DNA from: the human T2T-CHM13v2.0 reference genome, Homo sapiens
NCBI RefSeq assembly: GCF_009914755.1
Contig: NC_060947.1
Length of the DNA stretch: 64,000 nucleotides
Strand: one strand, 5' to 3'
Below, in pieces: positions 63,401 to 64,000 of this stretch. The notes below the pieces were generated by a model. The model did not search any database. It was not told the DNA's origin and worked only from the letters and a program-made list of their open reading frames with translations. The first letter of the stretch is position 1. Every line of letters begins with the position of its first letter. The position numbers were made by a program, and so were the translations under genes.

Positions 63401-64000
63401 AAAGAAGTTTCTGACAATGCTTCTCTCTCGTCTTTCTGTGAAGATAAAGGAAAAGGCTTTCAGGCCTTTTCCACCACAGGCCTGAAAGCGCTCCAAATGT
63501 CCACTTGCAGATTCTGCGAAAAGAATATTTCAAAACTGCTCTATGAAAAGCAATGTTAAACTCTGTGGCTCGAACACAAACATCACAAAGCGGTTTCTGA
63601 GAATGCTTCAGTTTAGTTTTTCTGTGGAAATATTCCCGTTTCCAAAGAAATCTTCAAAGAGGTCCACGTATCCACTTACAGATTCTACAAAAAGACAGTT
63701 TCAAAACTGCTCCATCAAAAGGAGGGTTCAACCGTGTGACTTGAATGCAATCATCACTCAGAAGTTTCTGAGAATGCTTCTCTTTAGTTTTTACGTGAAC
63801 ATATACCCGTTTCGAACGAAGGCCACCCAGTGGTCCAAATATCCACTTGCAGATTATACAGAAAGAGTGTTTCGAACCTGAACTCTCAAAGGCAGGTTCA
63901 TCTCTGCGAGTTAAATGCATTCATCATGAAGAACTTTCTCAGAGTGTTTGTGTTTAGTTATGGGAAATTATTCCCGTTTCCAACGAAATCCTCAGAGAGC
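48410..64000. repeat. Long-range direct duplicate of ~9327-22860 (offset 39,083, then 41,140 after one extra HOR)
   Basis: Rare SNVs are shared only between the two blocks: tctagga 10934/50017, gcggg 12484/51567 and gctgttc 12965/52048. Confidence 0.85.

Larger units (their letters stand above)
1..64000. repeat. DXZ1: Alpha-satellite higher-order repeat array, 2,057-bp 12-mer, about 31.1 tandem copies; matches human chrX centromeric DXZ1 (SF3)
   Basis: Monomers of ~171 bp carry typical alphoid motifs (ctgagaatgcttc, ccacttgcagattc, ttcaactctgtgagttgaatgc). Every ORF recurs at exactly +2,057 (63, 2120 ... 61773 = 63+30x2057). There is one GGATCC per unit (1613-1618 in U1). A 2.0-kb BamHI 12-mer is the established DXZ1 signature. 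Confidence 0.96.

Noticed and set aside
63-63920. About 230 short ORFs of 67-157 aa, including the 157-aa frame at 914-1387
   Set aside because: They are translations of the satellite. A 171-bp monomer is 57 codons, which produces internally repetitive peptides. They overlap on both strands, many begin at GTG or TTG, and single SNVs create or remove them. I recognise no domain in them. They were used only as variant markers.
1-64000. CRISPR-like pattern of conserved motifs separated by variable sequence
   Set aside because: The intervening sequences are homologous monomer parts that repeat exactly every 2,057 bp. There are no unique spacers and no cas genes.
1-64000. Hidden insertion (L1, Alu, viral or gene cassette) or inversion
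   Set aside because: The exact 2,057-bp phase from start to end leaves no room for inserted sequence, and all monomers have the same orientation.
1-64000. Claim that this window is the CENP-A/kinetochore site
   Set aside because: Kinetochore position within an active array is epigenetic and cannot be read from sequence.

Overview
The whole 64 kb is one uninterrupted head-to-tail array of primate alpha-satellite DNA. It holds 31 complete copies plus 233 bp of a 2,057-bp, 12-monomer higher-order repeat (HOR). The unit length, single BamHI site per unit and pentamer-based monomer order match human X-centromere DXZ1 (suprachromosomal family 3); this is recognition, not a database search. There are no credible genes, RNA genes, transposons or CRISPR arrays, and the listed ORFs are chance frames copied every 2,057 bp. 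I found no new protein-coding system. The informative structure is in the single-base variants. Units are numbered U1-U32, with Un starting at 1+2057(n-1), and 'offset' means position within a unit. By variant type they read U1 U2 U3 U4 U5 F A' B C D E A B C D E A B C D B* C D B/U5 F A' B B' C D E (A). This gives nested 2-, 5-, 3- and 1-HOR duplications and a ~39-41 kb long-range duplication, with three junctions close to the monomer-2 CENP-B box. One monomer per unit carries a net +15-bp insertion made of inverted copies of its flanks, which allows two competing hairpins. Variants were read by eye and with the ORF track, so the lists may be incomplete.
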